A stretch of 64,000 nt of DNA from an uncultured bacterium (GTDB lineage: Bacteria; Cloacimonadota; Cloacimonadia; Cloacimonadales; Cloacimonadaceae): contig CALLHY010000030.1 in assembly GCA_938009275.1 (NCBI GenBank), positions 11,776 to 75,775 on the forward strand, written 5' to 3'. The position numbers were made by a program, and so were the translations under genes. Positions 30,761-40,339 of this stretch are shown piece by piece. How positions within the stretch are numbered: position 1 is the first letter of the stretch; the number at the start of each line of letters is the position of its first letter. Below the pieces are notes generated by a model. The model saw only the letters and a list, made by a program, of their open reading frames with translations, was not told the origin of the DNA and made no database searches.

Positions 30761-31126
30761 ATGGATTGTAGAGTCGATTACATCTGGCTGCCCTTGGACA
30801 GGGTGGCCATGCTGCTGGGCAAGAACCTGAAGACGATCAGGCGTATGGTTGCAGCCGGGAAACTGATAGCGCTGAAGCATCAGATCCCCACCAAGAACGG
30901 AGCCACGATCAAAACCTTCATCCTGGCTACGGAAGAGATCATAGCAGCCGAGTATGAGCGGTATCGGGATAAGTTGAGAAGGCCAGAACTCTATTTCGAG
31001 GAAGAGATTAAACTGGGCGAATGTAGCTTCCCCAGTGTTTTCCTAGTCTACTATGAAGATGCTTTAATGGACACAAATGGTCCCACTAACACAACTATCG
31101 GAGGCAATGATGTATCCGCTCGATGA
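30761..31126 (+). CDS. Small HTH DNA-binding protein in the Ner position (excisionase/MerR-like HTH)
   Basis: I prefer the internal start MDCRVDYIWLPLDRVAMLLGKNLKTIRRMVAAGKLIAL. The upstream part of track ORF 30548-31126 is occupied by the operator repeats. Confidence 0.5.
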   Translation: MDCRVDYIWLPLDRVAMLLGKNLKTIRRMVAAGKLIALKHQIPTKNGATIKTFILATEEIIAAEYERYRDKLRRPELYFEEEIKLGECSFPSVFLVYYEDALMDTNGPTNTTIGGNDVSAR

Positions 31127-33656
31127 AAGACCCACTCCTGAGTTCTTCGACCAGTATAAGGCAAAGCTGGCAGAATTGAATGAGCTATTGAAGAACCAAG
31201 GGCTATCCCTGGAGATCAAGCCAGGCGGCAGATGCTTTGTGGTGGACAGAACCAGAAAGGATGCTCCGGAACCCGAGAAGAGCCATCTGATCGCCTATGC
31301 GGAGCAGTTCAATAAGGATACCACGCTGCCTGATAAAGACGAATCTGATAAAGAAGACTACTATGGCTATGACGAACAGCAGTTCTTTGAAGTGGTGATC
31401 TCTCAGATACACGAAGCCAAAGATAATGATGTGGTGATCGATCTTTTTCCAGACTACATTGATCTGGCTCCGGTGGAAGAGGAGAAGCTACTGCACAAGG
31501 AAGAGGCGCAGCTCTATGCCCAGTTCTGCTTCGAGGCGATCAAGAGGCTGGATGCGGCACAATCGCGCACCACTGCCTGGAAGAGGATCACCACCGACTA
31601 CAACGCGGGCAGGATAGTACCGGAACTGAGGGAACTCAAAGGTCCGAGGCAGGAAAGGGCACTACGGGAATGGATCAAAACCTATTATGAGAGCAACTTC
31701 AACATGTTTGCCCTGATCCATAAGAGCAAGAGCACCCGCAAGGAACGCAAGATCACCTTTCACGAACAGCAGTATCTGCTCAACAAGCTGCTCAGTCCCA
31801 ACCGAATCAAGATCGGTTCCGCCATCGTCAATATGAAGCAGATGGCCAGGCAGGGCTTTCTGGATTCACCAACCCATGAACGGACTCTAAGACGCTGGTG
31901 CGAGGAATGGGCGGAGACCCATCCGGCTGAGTGGTATCAGGCCAGAGAGGGCAGTAAATATGTATCGGAGCGAGTCATAAAGTCTATCCGCAGAGACGAT
32001 AGCAGCTTAGCTGTGGGCGAAGTATGGGTGGCCGATGGACATACCCTATCCTTTGATATCATCAATCCCCAGACCGGCAGAGCCCAACGCATGACCATGA
32101 TCATGGTGATGGACTGGGCAAGCAGGTATCCGGTGGGAGCATCTTTAGCCTTTACCGAAGATAGTCAACATATCCTGACCGCTTTCCGCAATGGCTTCAT
32201 CAACGCCTCGCAGATTGCCGATAATGATAGGCAGACCATGGCGGTGTTACCCCAGTATGTCTATCTGGATAATGGCAAGGCCTTCAGGTCAAAGCTCTTT
32301 CATGAACAATGGGAGGATCATGACCTGAACAAGGAACTGGGTGGCATCTTCCCCCGACTCGATATAGGAGTCAGGTTCGCAGAGAGTTACAATGCCAAAG
32401 CCAAAATCATCGAGCGGTTCTTCAAGACCTTTCAGGAGCAGTTTGAGCGGTTCATCTCCACTTTCAGAGGTGCAAGCGTCGCCGATAAGCCAGCCCACTA
32501 CGGCAGAAACGAGAAGTGGGCAAAGAAGCTGTATACCGGCAAGCCGCCTACCATAGAAGAGACGATGCAGATGATCAACTTCTACGTATGCAAATGCTAT
32601 GGCGAGACACCACATGGATCACTGCAGCATCGGACTCCCTATGAGGTATTCAGTGCTGCCAGGATAGCCGAGAATCGCCAGATCGAGATATCCAAGCTCA
32701 ACTTCATGATGATGGCAATGGAACGCAAGAACATCCGCAACGAGGGCATCCGGCTCAACAAGCTGCTCTACTGGGACAGAAAGCTGGTCGATCATGTGGG
32801 ACAGCCCTGCATCATTCGGTATGACTATAGTGATGCCAGATGGATAGTGGTCTATGACAAGAACGATACCTTCATCTGCCAGGCGGCACTACGTCAGACC
32901 CAGCATCCCTTCATAGAAGTATCGATGGACAAAGCGGTCTCGCATAAGGCACTCAACAAGGAATACAATGAGATCAAGAAGCTGAGACGGGATAAGGAAC
33001 GCAGCGCTCAGAAATGGGTGATGTCTACCCAGGAATCGGTGGACGCGCTCTTGAGGCAACATGCGAAAAGGCCAGAAGTGCCAGATGAACTGGAAGACAA
33101 GGAATCGCTGTTCAATAGCCCACCCATGCTGGAAGCACCGCCACCTGATCCGGATGAAATCATCGAAGAGATGACCAGGCAAGCCATGCGCAACATGCCG
33201 CTGCATCCGAGTATGCTTGATAACAGAGCAAACCCTGAGAATCAGGATGATGAAACCGAACATGAGAATCCATTTGAAGCTCAGCGCAGGAAAGATGCTG
33301 AAATCAGAACCGTGCTTGAGCGGATGGGCTTTGATTGTCGGGAATTCAGGGGTGAGATACCTCAGTTCTTTATCGACATGGCCAATAACCAAATCCGCAA
33401 GCAGCAAGCAGAACAAAACAAAGCACAGGCAAACACTGATACAAAGCCTGAAAAAGCAGCAAGCGAGCAGAACAAATACCCAGATCAGGACAGTACAGAT
33501 AAACGCCAACACACACTTGATGAGATAGATATTGAACTAATGCGCTCTGAGGGCATCCCCATCCCCGGTGAAGACGATAAGGATGATGATAATCCTAAGG
33601 AGCCTATAGAATACCTAGATAAAGAGACGCTCCGCAGAATCGGGATCATCAAGTAG
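31107..33656 (+). CDS. DDE transposase of the MuA/TnsB/TniA (rve integrase-core plus Mu-transposase C-terminal barrel) type
   Basis: Candidate DDE triad: VWVADGHTLSF, YVYLDNGKAFRS and AKIIERFFKT. It has a beta-barrel-type segment IRNEGIRLNKLLYW and a long charged C-terminal tail. The start could be 31077, 31107 or 31110. Confidence 0.8.
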   Translation: MMYPLDERPTPEFFDQYKAKLAELNELLKNQGLSLEIKPGGRCFVVDRTRKDAPEPEKSHLIAYAEQFNKDTTLPDKDESDKEDYYGYDEQQFFEVVISQIHEAKDNDVVIDLFPDYIDLAPVEEEKLLHKEEAQLYAQFCFEAIKRLDAAQSRTTAWKRITTDYNAGRIVPELRELKGPRQERALREWIKTYYESNFNMFALIHKSKSTRKERKITFHEQQYLLNKLLSPNRIKIGSAIVNMKQMARQGFLDSPTHERTLRRWCEEWAETHPAEWYQAREGSKYVSERVIKSIRRDDSSLAVGEVWVADGHTLSFDIINPQTGRAQRMTMIMVMDWASRYPVGASLAFTEDSQHILTAFRNGFINASQIADNDRQTMAVLPQYVYLDNGKAFRSKLFHEQWEDHDLNKELGGIFPRLDIGVRFAESYNAKAKIIERFFKTFQEQFERFISTFRGASVADKPAHYGRNEKWAKKLYTGKPPTIEETMQMINFYVCKCYGETPHGSLQHRTPYEVFSAARIAENRQIEISKLNFMMMAMERKNIRNEGIRLNKLLYWDRKLVDHVGQPCIIRYDYSDARWIVVYDKNDTFICQAALRQTQHPFIEVSMDKAVSHKALNKEYNEIKKLRRDKERSAQKWVMSTQESVDALLRQHAKRPEVPDELEDKESLFNSPPMLEAPPPDPDEIIEEMTRQAMRNMPLHPSMLDNRANPENQDDETEHENPFEAQRRKDAEIRTVLERMGFDCREFRGEIPQFFIDMANNQIRKQQAEQNKAQANTDTKPEKAASEQNKYPDQDSTDKRQHTLDEIDIELMRSEGIPIPGEDDKDDDNPKEPIEYLDKETLRRIGIIK

Positions 33657-33665
33657 GGGGCGGCC

Positions 33666-34373
33666 ATGAAACAGGGAAAACTGATAACTACAGCCAATGT
33701 AGTCAAGGCTGATCGTGCCATTGAATATCTGCAGCGCAGACCGAAACTGGAGTTGGTGGGATTGGGACTGGTGTATGGCAAACCCGGGCTGGGTAAAAGC
33801 ACTTGGGCAAGCAGAACCGCCTTCAATAAGGGCTACATCTATCTCCGGCTGGAATCCACTACTACTCCCAAGAACTTCGCACAAAGGCTGCTCAACTCAC
33901 TGGCAAGCAGATACAACTACGGGAATGTGCCCACCTGTGGAGCTACCAATACCATCTTCAAGCGCTGCAAGGCAATCCTGGAGAACCATGAGGATGCAGT
34001 AATCATAGTTGATGAGATCGACTATGCATTCAGCAACAAGCAGCTCTTGGGTGCGATCCGGGATATAGTGGATGAGACCCTGGCCATCGTGATCCTGGTG
34101 GGCATGCAGAATGCCAAAGAGAAGCTGCTGCAGGTAAACGAATACTACTTTGACCGCTGCAATGTGTTCTGCGAGTTCAGCAGCAGTAACAAGAAAGATA
34201 TCTCAGAACTCTGCCGGCAGGTAATGGATAAAACGCCAAATGAGTCCATGAAAGAGATGATCTATCGTGAATCGACAGGGAACTTGAGACGAGCAGTTAA
34301 GCTCATCTATGGCGTCGAGAATGCGATTGGTGGCAATCATAATACTACCGCTCAAGCAAGCGAGATCAACTGA
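33666..34373 (+). CDS. AAA+ transposition ATPase (MuB/TniB-like)
   Basis: Walker A GKPGLGKST and Walker B VIIVDEIDYA. It lies directly downstream of the transposase. Confidence 0.8.
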   Translation: MKQGKLITTANVVKADRAIEYLQRRPKLELVGLGLVYGKPGLGKSTWASRTAFNKGYIYLRLESTTTPKNFAQRLLNSLASRYNYGNVPTCGATNTIFKRCKAILENHEDAVIIVDEIDYAFSNKQLLGAIRDIVDETLAIVILVGMQNAKEKLLQVNEYYFDRCNVFCEFSSSNKKDISELCRQVMDKTPNESMKEMIYRESTGNLRRAVKLIYGVENAIGGNHNTTAQASEIN

Positions 34374-34380
34374 GGTGAAC

Positions 34381-34950
34381 ATGGGAACCGAAGGAACGAC
34401 AAAACAAGATCATCCCACATGCTCAAGCCCACAACTGGCTGATAAAGCCGAGATACTGGTTCGCAACTTCGTGAGCCAGTATCGTCGGCCGTTCTCTGCA
34501 GAAACAATCGCAATCTATACTGGCATATCCACCAAACGGCTGAAGCCAATCATAGACCGACTTATCGCAGATCAGCAGATCAAGGTAGTATCCATTGATC
34601 CTGAGCAGATATATGTTAAGGCTAATCGCTATATGGGGATATACGAAAAGACGCATGATCATAATCGCTGGAATTTTGATCCAGACAAGGCGATGATCTT
34701 ACTGAAGGAAGTCGAAGCCAACAAACATAGGAACGTCCGAACCATTTCCAAGGCCATCGGTAAATCCAGGCAGTGGGTGTATGTGTATCTGGAAGCCCTT
34801 GCTTCGATCGGAGCAATTGAGAAAGTGGATGGTTGTTACAAGTTAATCACTAAGGACTTTGTGTGGGCTATTGGAACGAATATCAAAAAGGGGATACTGG
34901 CGAGCAAAAAAAGTGATTCGCTCATCTGCTTGCCACTCAATCAAGTATAG
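34381..34950 (+). CDS. Hypothetical protein with two winged-helix-like segments
   Basis: ATG at 34381 follows GAGGTG. The segments FSAETIAIYTGISTKRLKPIIDRLIADQQIKVV and RTISKAIGKSRQWVYVYLEALASIGAIEKV look like wHTH units. Confidence 0.45.
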   Translation: MGTEGTTKQDHPTCSSPQLADKAEILVRNFVSQYRRPFSAETIAIYTGISTKRLKPIIDRLIADQQIKVVSIDPEQIYVKANRYMGIYEKTHDHNRWNFDPDKAMILLKEVEANKHRNVRTISKAIGKSRQWVYVYLEALASIGAIEKVDGCYKLITKDFVWAIGTNIKKGILASKKSDSLICLPLNQV

Positions 34951-34985
34951 GTCGATCTTGCTTTTGTCTTGCGGAGATGCTGAAG

Positions 34986-35029
34986 ATTCTCATTGACAAA
35001 ATATGCTATTACTACACGTATGTCCATAA
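34986..35029 (+). promoter_or_regulatory. Conserved element GATT(T)TCTCATTGACA-N8-TA.TA upstream of cargo operon 1, followed by an ATGTCCA operator-like word
   Basis: gattctcattgacaaaatatgctattac (34986-35013) resembles gattttctcattgacagaagaagctaatat (44356-44385) upstream of cargo operon 2. An atgtcca word sits at 35021-35027. Confidence 0.35.
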
Positions 35030-35043
35030 GGAGTTATTGAAAG

Positions 35044-35712
35044 ATGATAGTATTAAGTTTATCAAGATTGAGTGTACTCGAAAGAGCTGCAAAGGCCTAT
35101 TCAGAAGGCGATCTTAGAGAGATTGAGATAAGTGCCCAACGCTTGTATCCAGATGGGAACTACCCCTTTGTTGTATCACCGGAGTTCCCCTTCCCCTTGC
35201 ATCTGTTCAGTCCGCGTTTAACGGCTATGCTCACTAAGGATGAAGATCAATTAGAGGCTATGGCTATGTGGAGCCGGATAACTGCTAGGGAGAACATTAT
35301 CCGCATGATCACAGCTACAGAACTTGAACGAACCGCAGCGGAAAGCCTTGGCAAGCAGTTTGAGGTTATCTATAAGAAAGATACTGATGATGTGAAAATG
35401 AAGCGGAAACAGATGATTGGCTATATGATAAAAGTGGTGATGGAGTGTTTTGGGTACCTGGTTTATAGCAGTCGTATGCTGGTAAACACCCGCAGAGGCG
35501 ATGAAAATGATGCAAAGCGGAAATCCAATTACTTCACAACTGCTACCAGATACGCACTGATGAGCAAAAGGGACAGAAATGCTCTCTTAAACTTGGTTGA
35601 TGAGAAACACAAGACATCGTTCCTTTCTATAACGGACAGCCTTCTGGAGCGTAATACGAAGTATCAATCCAAATTCAATATTGATGGCATGACGAACTGG
35701 GAATCACTGTAG
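35044..35712 (+). CDS. Hypothetical protein, first gene of the nine-gene cargo operon
   Basis: AAGGAG RBS, 222 aa, no motif I recognise. Confidence 0.55.
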   Translation: MIVLSLSRLSVLERAAKAYSEGDLREIEISAQRLYPDGNYPFVVSPEFPFPLHLFSPRLTAMLTKDEDQLEAMAMWSRITARENIIRMITATELERTAAESLGKQFEVIYKKDTDDVKMKRKQMIGYMIKVVMECFGYLVYSSRMLVNTRRGDENDAKRKSNYFTTATRYALMSKRDRNALLNLVDEKHKTSFLSITDSLLERNTKYQSKFNIDGMTNWESL

Positions 35713-35724
35713 GGAGAAGATAGG

Positions 35725-37542
35725 ATGAAGATCGAGGGTATTGAACCAGTAGAAATCCTGCACAAGCTGATTGAATTGAAACCAATGAAACATGATATGG
35801 AGGATGAGCAGGAACCTACTCAAAATGCCGTTACTACTGCTATTGATGCCTCCAATGCTAAGCTAATCAACAAGCATGTTCGCCAATTGATTAAACACCC
35901 ACTGTTTGAGAGTTACAGCCTTTCTCAACAGGATGTGATGGTAATCGCCGATCTCTGGCAATTTCATCTCGAACTGCCTGGCAGGGGCAGTAGCTGGGCA
36001 AGTATCTGCGCCAGTGCCAAGATTAGGCGTTATCAGGCGATTGCATGCCTGAAATACGTTACCGGGCTCTTAGAACGCAATATCATCTGCTTTGATGAGA
36101 GGATTGAGGGAAACTACTATCTTAATCCTATGATCCTGCAATCTGCCGAATACACTCTCAGCAAAGACCTCATCCTGAAGATATTGGGGAGGGATATAAG
36201 AGAAGACCTGGAACTGGTCATCAAAGATAACTGGCAGGATGATAAGGACTTCATGAGTGACCTGAGACTGATTTTTAATCTCTGCTACAATACCTTTGGC
36301 GAATTGGGCAGCAGGTCTCCTGTACTGGAGTATCCGATTCTATCGGCTTGCTTGCATCTTCTCAAAGACAGAATACTGGCTGCTCCGGATAGCCTGGGCA
36401 TAAAAGAACTCATACGCCAACATAGCCTAAGAGAAGACCAGCTGTTCATAATACTTGTGGTCATGTATCACCAACTATGTTGTGATGATAGAATAACTGA
36501 GGCAGATCTGGCTCTCTCTCTGGCCCCAGATCCCAGATTCAGGTGGCTGCAGCAACAACTCCTTAGCGATGATTCCGTCTTGATATCTTCCGGGCTTATC
36601 AGCAGAGAACAACGCTTCCATCGGGCCCAGGTGAACACTATAGGTATTCCGCATGAAACACTTAAAACGCTGGGGTATAGGTCTAAAACCTCTGAAGATG
36701 TGGTGATAAAGCTTACCCCATACTTTCAAAAGTGCCAGCCCAAGCAGACCCTGGGTGATGTGATTATTCCCGAATCAGATAAGCAACTTATTTCCCAGAT
36801 AATAACAAAGTGCAAGCCTTATAAACGCAGAGACCTGGAAAAATGGGGATTCAAGATCGAAAGTAATAAACAAGGTGCGGTACTGCTGTTGTACGGTGCT
36901 CCTGGAACCGGCAAGACTTTTACTGCCGGCGCCATAGCCAATGAACTTCACAGAGATTTGGTCACTCTCAACGTACCCGAACTAAGAAACAAATACTACG
37001 GAGAGACCGAGAAGCTGATCAAGAAAGCTTTCTGCGAGATGCGGGAGCTGGCTACTAAGGAAGAGAATGCTCCAGTGTTTCTGCTCAATGAAGCAGATCA
37101 ATTGATCCATGAAAGGATCTCCATCACTTCAACCTGCAGCACTATCGAGAACTCCATCCAGAGCATTATATTGGAGGAAATGGAAACTTTCCCGGGCATC
37201 CTGATCCTAACCACGAACCTTGAGACTAACCTCGATGAGGCCTTCTTTCGCCGCTTTGATCTCAAGTTCAGATTTGGACTACCGGATCTCGAAAGCAGAC
37301 GCAAGCTGTGGAGGATGTATCTCAGAAAGGAGATTCCAGGATCAGAGGATATCGATGTTGAGCCATTAGCGCAGAAATATCAGTTCAGCGGCGCACAGAT
37401 CGCACTGGTGGTGCAAAACGCCTGTATTGAAGCGATTGGTCGAACTGGAAAATCAAAACGGCTCTATCTTCAAGACCTACTTAAATATGCAGATCTTGAG
37501 CTACCTTGGGCAGACAAAGTAAATAAAAGTATAGGGTTTTAG
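35725..37542 (+). CDS. Classic-clade AAA+ ATPase with a roughly 370-aa N-terminal domain of unknown function
   Basis: Walker A GAPGTGKT, Walker B-like VFLLNEADQL (Asn in place of the usual Asp) and an SRH region LTTNLETNLDEAFFRRFD. Confidence 0.8.
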   Translation: MKIEGIEPVEILHKLIELKPMKHDMEDEQEPTQNAVTTAIDASNAKLINKHVRQLIKHPLFESYSLSQQDVMVIADLWQFHLELPGRGSSWASICASAKIRRYQAIACLKYVTGLLERNIICFDERIEGNYYLNPMILQSAEYTLSKDLILKILGRDIREDLELVIKDNWQDDKDFMSDLRLIFNLCYNTFGELGSRSPVLEYPILSACLHLLKDRILAAPDSLGIKELIRQHSLREDQLFIILVVMYHQLCCDDRITEADLALSLAPDPRFRWLQQQLLSDDSVLISSGLISREQRFHRAQVNTIGIPHETLKTLGYRSKTSEDVVIKLTPYFQKCQPKQTLGDVIIPESDKQLISQIITKCKPYKRRDLEKWGFKIESNKQGAVLLLYGAPGTGKTFTAGAIANELHRDLVTLNVPELRNKYYGETEKLIKKAFCEMRELATKEENAPVFLLNEADQLIHERISITSTCSTIENSIQSIILEEMETFPGILILTTNLETNLDEAFFRRFDLKFRFGLPDLESRRKLWRMYLRKEIPGSEDIDVEPLAQKYQFSGAQIALVVQNACIEAIGRTGKSKRLYLQDLLKYADLELPWADKVNKSIGF

Positions 37543-37550
37543 GGGGTATA

Positions 37551-38462
37551 ATGAAACCTGACAGAATGATAAATCGGAAAATGGTGGAAGCTGCCTTGAT
37601 TATGAAACAGATCAATGGCGAAATAATTCAAACCATCTCACATGACGTGGATTTGAAACACGTATACTGCGCCAACTATGCAAACAGCGTGATCGATGGC
37701 ATCTCTGCTGATATGTTCTGCTGCGACCTTATTCGTGGAGATGGAGGAGAACTGAGCAATTCATCAGGATCAGCACCAAAATTCAATTCAATTTCATCCT
37801 CAGCAGCACTCGCGGTTAGCACATTTGCGCCATGGAAGACCCACTTGGATGATCTAACAGTTGATCTCGGAACAAAGCAAATGGCAGGATTTGACAAACT
37901 GGAATTTGAACATATTGCCGAAACCGCCATCCCCAAAGCCAAGAAGCATCCTAATCTGGATGTTTGGCTGGAATCTGATGATGCAATCCTCGCTGTTGAG
38001 TGTAAGTTTTGCGAGTTCCTATCCGGGAGAACTGAGAAAGCAAGTCTGCATAGTGCCTACAAAAGGCTTGCAGCAACTATGGAGCAAAGTAATCCTTGGG
38101 TGAAGGCGATTGATTTTTTTACAAACGAGATGGGCGAATGTAAATACAGGTTCTTTGATGCTGTTCAAATCATTCGTCATTACTTTGGTGTTTTGAACTC
38201 CGGCCAGAAAGAGAAACATCTGCTCTATCTATACTGGCATCCGGCAAACGAGGATTGGATGGATATCCATCCCTTTGATTTGCACATGAAGGAACTGAAG
38301 GAGTTTTCGGGGCTTGTATCACAGGCAACGGATGTCAGTTTCCACTATATGAGTTTCAATGAGCTTTGGGAGCAATGGGCTGCCACTGATAAAAAAGTAG
38401 TTCAGAAGCATATCAAAGCGCTGAGACAGAAATACTCTGTAAATATAACTGAAAAACAATAA
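37551..38462 (+). CDS. Putative PD-(D/E)xK-fold nuclease, paralog 1
   Basis: LDVWLESDDAILAVECKF has D-x13-E-x-K spacing, followed by AVQIIRHY. Confidence 0.5.
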   Translation: MKPDRMINRKMVEAALIMKQINGEIIQTISHDVDLKHVYCANYANSVIDGISADMFCCDLIRGDGGELSNSSGSAPKFNSISSSAALAVSTFAPWKTHLDDLTVDLGTKQMAGFDKLEFEHIAETAIPKAKKHPNLDVWLESDDAILAVECKFCEFLSGRTEKASLHSAYKRLAATMEQSNPWVKAIDFFTNEMGECKYRFFDAVQIIRHYFGVLNSGQKEKHLLYLYWHPANEDWMDIHPFDLHMKELKEFSGLVSQATDVSFHYMSFNELWEQWAATDKKVVQKHIKALRQKYSVNITEKQ

Positions 38463-38480
38463 ACATAAGGAGATAAGGTC

Positions 38481-39398
38481 ATGGACATCAACGACATAAT
38501 CAATAGTTGCGGTAACCTTCTACAGCAGAATCAGAATGTAGCAGGACACATAAAAAAGTTTCGAAATAGAGCGCAAATTGATCACGATGAGACATTGCTG
38601 ACCTTAGTTTTAGCAAATGCCTTTGATGCAGATAAGGTCAATAACTATGCAAGTGTTAGCAGCTTACTTGGCCAAGTTATGTCACACAGAAATTTAAAAA
38701 CAAATGCCCCTGTATTTTCGAAAGATCACTCTGTGTATATAGAATACCAGACACCAAACTTGAAACACTACAACAAGTTTATTCGAGAAAACTGGTTTAA
38801 TGACTCCTTCCCAAAACACCCATACAAAGACAGAGTTAAAAGAATTGAAGACAGGTTAAAAAAAGGTGATAGACACGATATAGAGGGTAGCACACACTTC
38901 GATATGGTTATCACTTGTCCAAATAAGGACAAAGTGTATTTTGAATGTAAGTATCTCTCAGACATTGATTGCAAGACTACTTATGTTCCGTGTCGTGACC
39001 AGATATCCAGATGTTTGGATGCAGCATTATGTGATGCAACCGATAAATTAAAGAATCCAGAGGGACTGCAACATCTATGGTTTTTCTTGATAACACCTGA
39101 GATGTTTCGTATCAAAGAATTTGGTGGCTCACGTAATAACAACAGAATCTTCCATCCAGAAAGATCACGTTTATACGGCTACAAAATGAGGGATTTGGTA
39201 GATGAGAAGTACTTAGGCTATAACTTCCCACATTTACCCAAATCAATTAATCTGAAATTGCTTAGTGAACGTATTTTCTGGATGACGTGGGAAGAAGCAG
39301 CGCAATATGTTGTAAACAATATTCTCGTTGTACAGCATGCCGATTTAGTAAGGTCCATCTTTAATGATAGAAATCTGTGGAGAGGAAACAATGAATAA
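38481..39398 (+). CDS. Putative PD-(D/E)xK-fold nuclease, paralog 2
   Basis: FDMVITCPNKDKVYFECKY has the same D-x13-E-C-K spacing as the upstream gene, followed by RDQISRCL. Its length is similar (305 vs 303 aa). Confidence 0.5.
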   Translation: MDINDIINSCGNLLQQNQNVAGHIKKFRNRAQIDHDETLLTLVLANAFDADKVNNYASVSSLLGQVMSHRNLKTNAPVFSKDHSVYIEYQTPNLKHYNKFIRENWFNDSFPKHPYKDRVKRIEDRLKKGDRHDIEGSTHFDMVITCPNKDKVYFECKYLSDIDCKTTYVPCRDQISRCLDAALCDATDKLKNPEGLQHLWFFLITPEMFRIKEFGGSRNNNRIFHPERSRLYGYKMRDLVDEKYLGYNFPHLPKSINLKLLSERIFWMTWEEAAQYVVNNILVVQHADLVRSIFNDRNLWRGNNE

Positions 39399-40305
39399 CA
39401 CCAATCGAGTTGTTAGCAATAAGGAGTTTGACGAAAGAGTGAAAGCAGTTACAACTAAACATCTCCGTGCCATACACGAGAGACTGCATGACTTGACTGC
39501 TCTCAAACTTTCTTGGGAAGATAAAAGGAAAACGCCTAATCAGTCTTCTCCACACTCGAAAGCATCCCAAAGAATTCCAGTTGATATTGTAGTTTTTGAC
39601 ACTGCTACTTTGTTGAACAAGCTAGGTATTGACTATGAATTCGATTTTTGGTATGCGCTACTTCGAGGCTTTTCTGACCCAGTCTTTGATAGATTATCGA
39701 TAGACCATATGTGCGATGACAATGGAATTCCCGTGGCAGCTGAAGGTATATTATCAAAGATAAGAAGACTTTCTGATGAGTTTGAAAATAGTTATGATGA
39801 CTTGTCGGTGTTTTTAGGGAAGATACTTCGTGAAGAGTGGTTTGGAGAATCAAACAAGCATGTTGAAGACCTTCTGGGTGTATTTTTCTCCTGTGAAGAC
39901 ATCAGAATAGAGCTATACGCACAAGTAATAGCATTTTACTCAATTATCTTGGGCGTGTCGAGTGAATTGCTAGCTGTCGTAGTTCTAATCCATGAACAGG
40001 CTCATGCCTACACGATGGCAGGTTTTGATATTAGTGGCAACAGGGGTAGGTTATTATGCTCCTATTATGACAAATACGTTATCGAGGGATTAGCCCAGTA
40101 TTATACTGAAGCAGTCTGCGGTCAATTGGAGAATTCTATTACTGGAGTAAGTGACGCCTTCTTTAAGCTGCGCGCAGGGCAAAGAGAGCCTTACACAGAC
40201 TATCAACAATGGATGGGTAGTGGTGTTTTTGACCATGAAAGAGTAAGAAAAGAGCTGATGTTGTACAGAGGAAGTGTTTCAAGCTTAGAGCCTGCACTTT
40301 GGTGA
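39391..40305 (+). CDS. Putative gluzincin-type metallopeptidase (HExxH ... E)
   Basis: VLIHEQAHAY has a Glu 27 residues after the second His (IEGLAQYY). The ATG at 39391 overlaps the upstream stop (ATGAATAA). Confidence 0.45.
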   Translation: MNNTNRVVSNKEFDERVKAVTTKHLRAIHERLHDLTALKLSWEDKRKTPNQSSPHSKASQRIPVDIVVFDTATLLNKLGIDYEFDFWYALLRGFSDPVFDRLSIDHMCDDNGIPVAAEGILSKIRRLSDEFENSYDDLSVFLGKILREEWFGESNKHVEDLLGVFFSCEDIRIELYAQVIAFYSIILGVSSELLAVVVLIHEQAHAYTMAGFDISGNRGRLLCSYYDKYVIEGLAQYYTEAVCGQLENSITGVSDAFFKLRAGQREPYTDYQQWMGSGVFDHERVRKELMLYRGSVSSLEPALW

Positions 40306-40339
40306 ATATAACAAACATCCGACTTGAAAAGGGGGTTGC

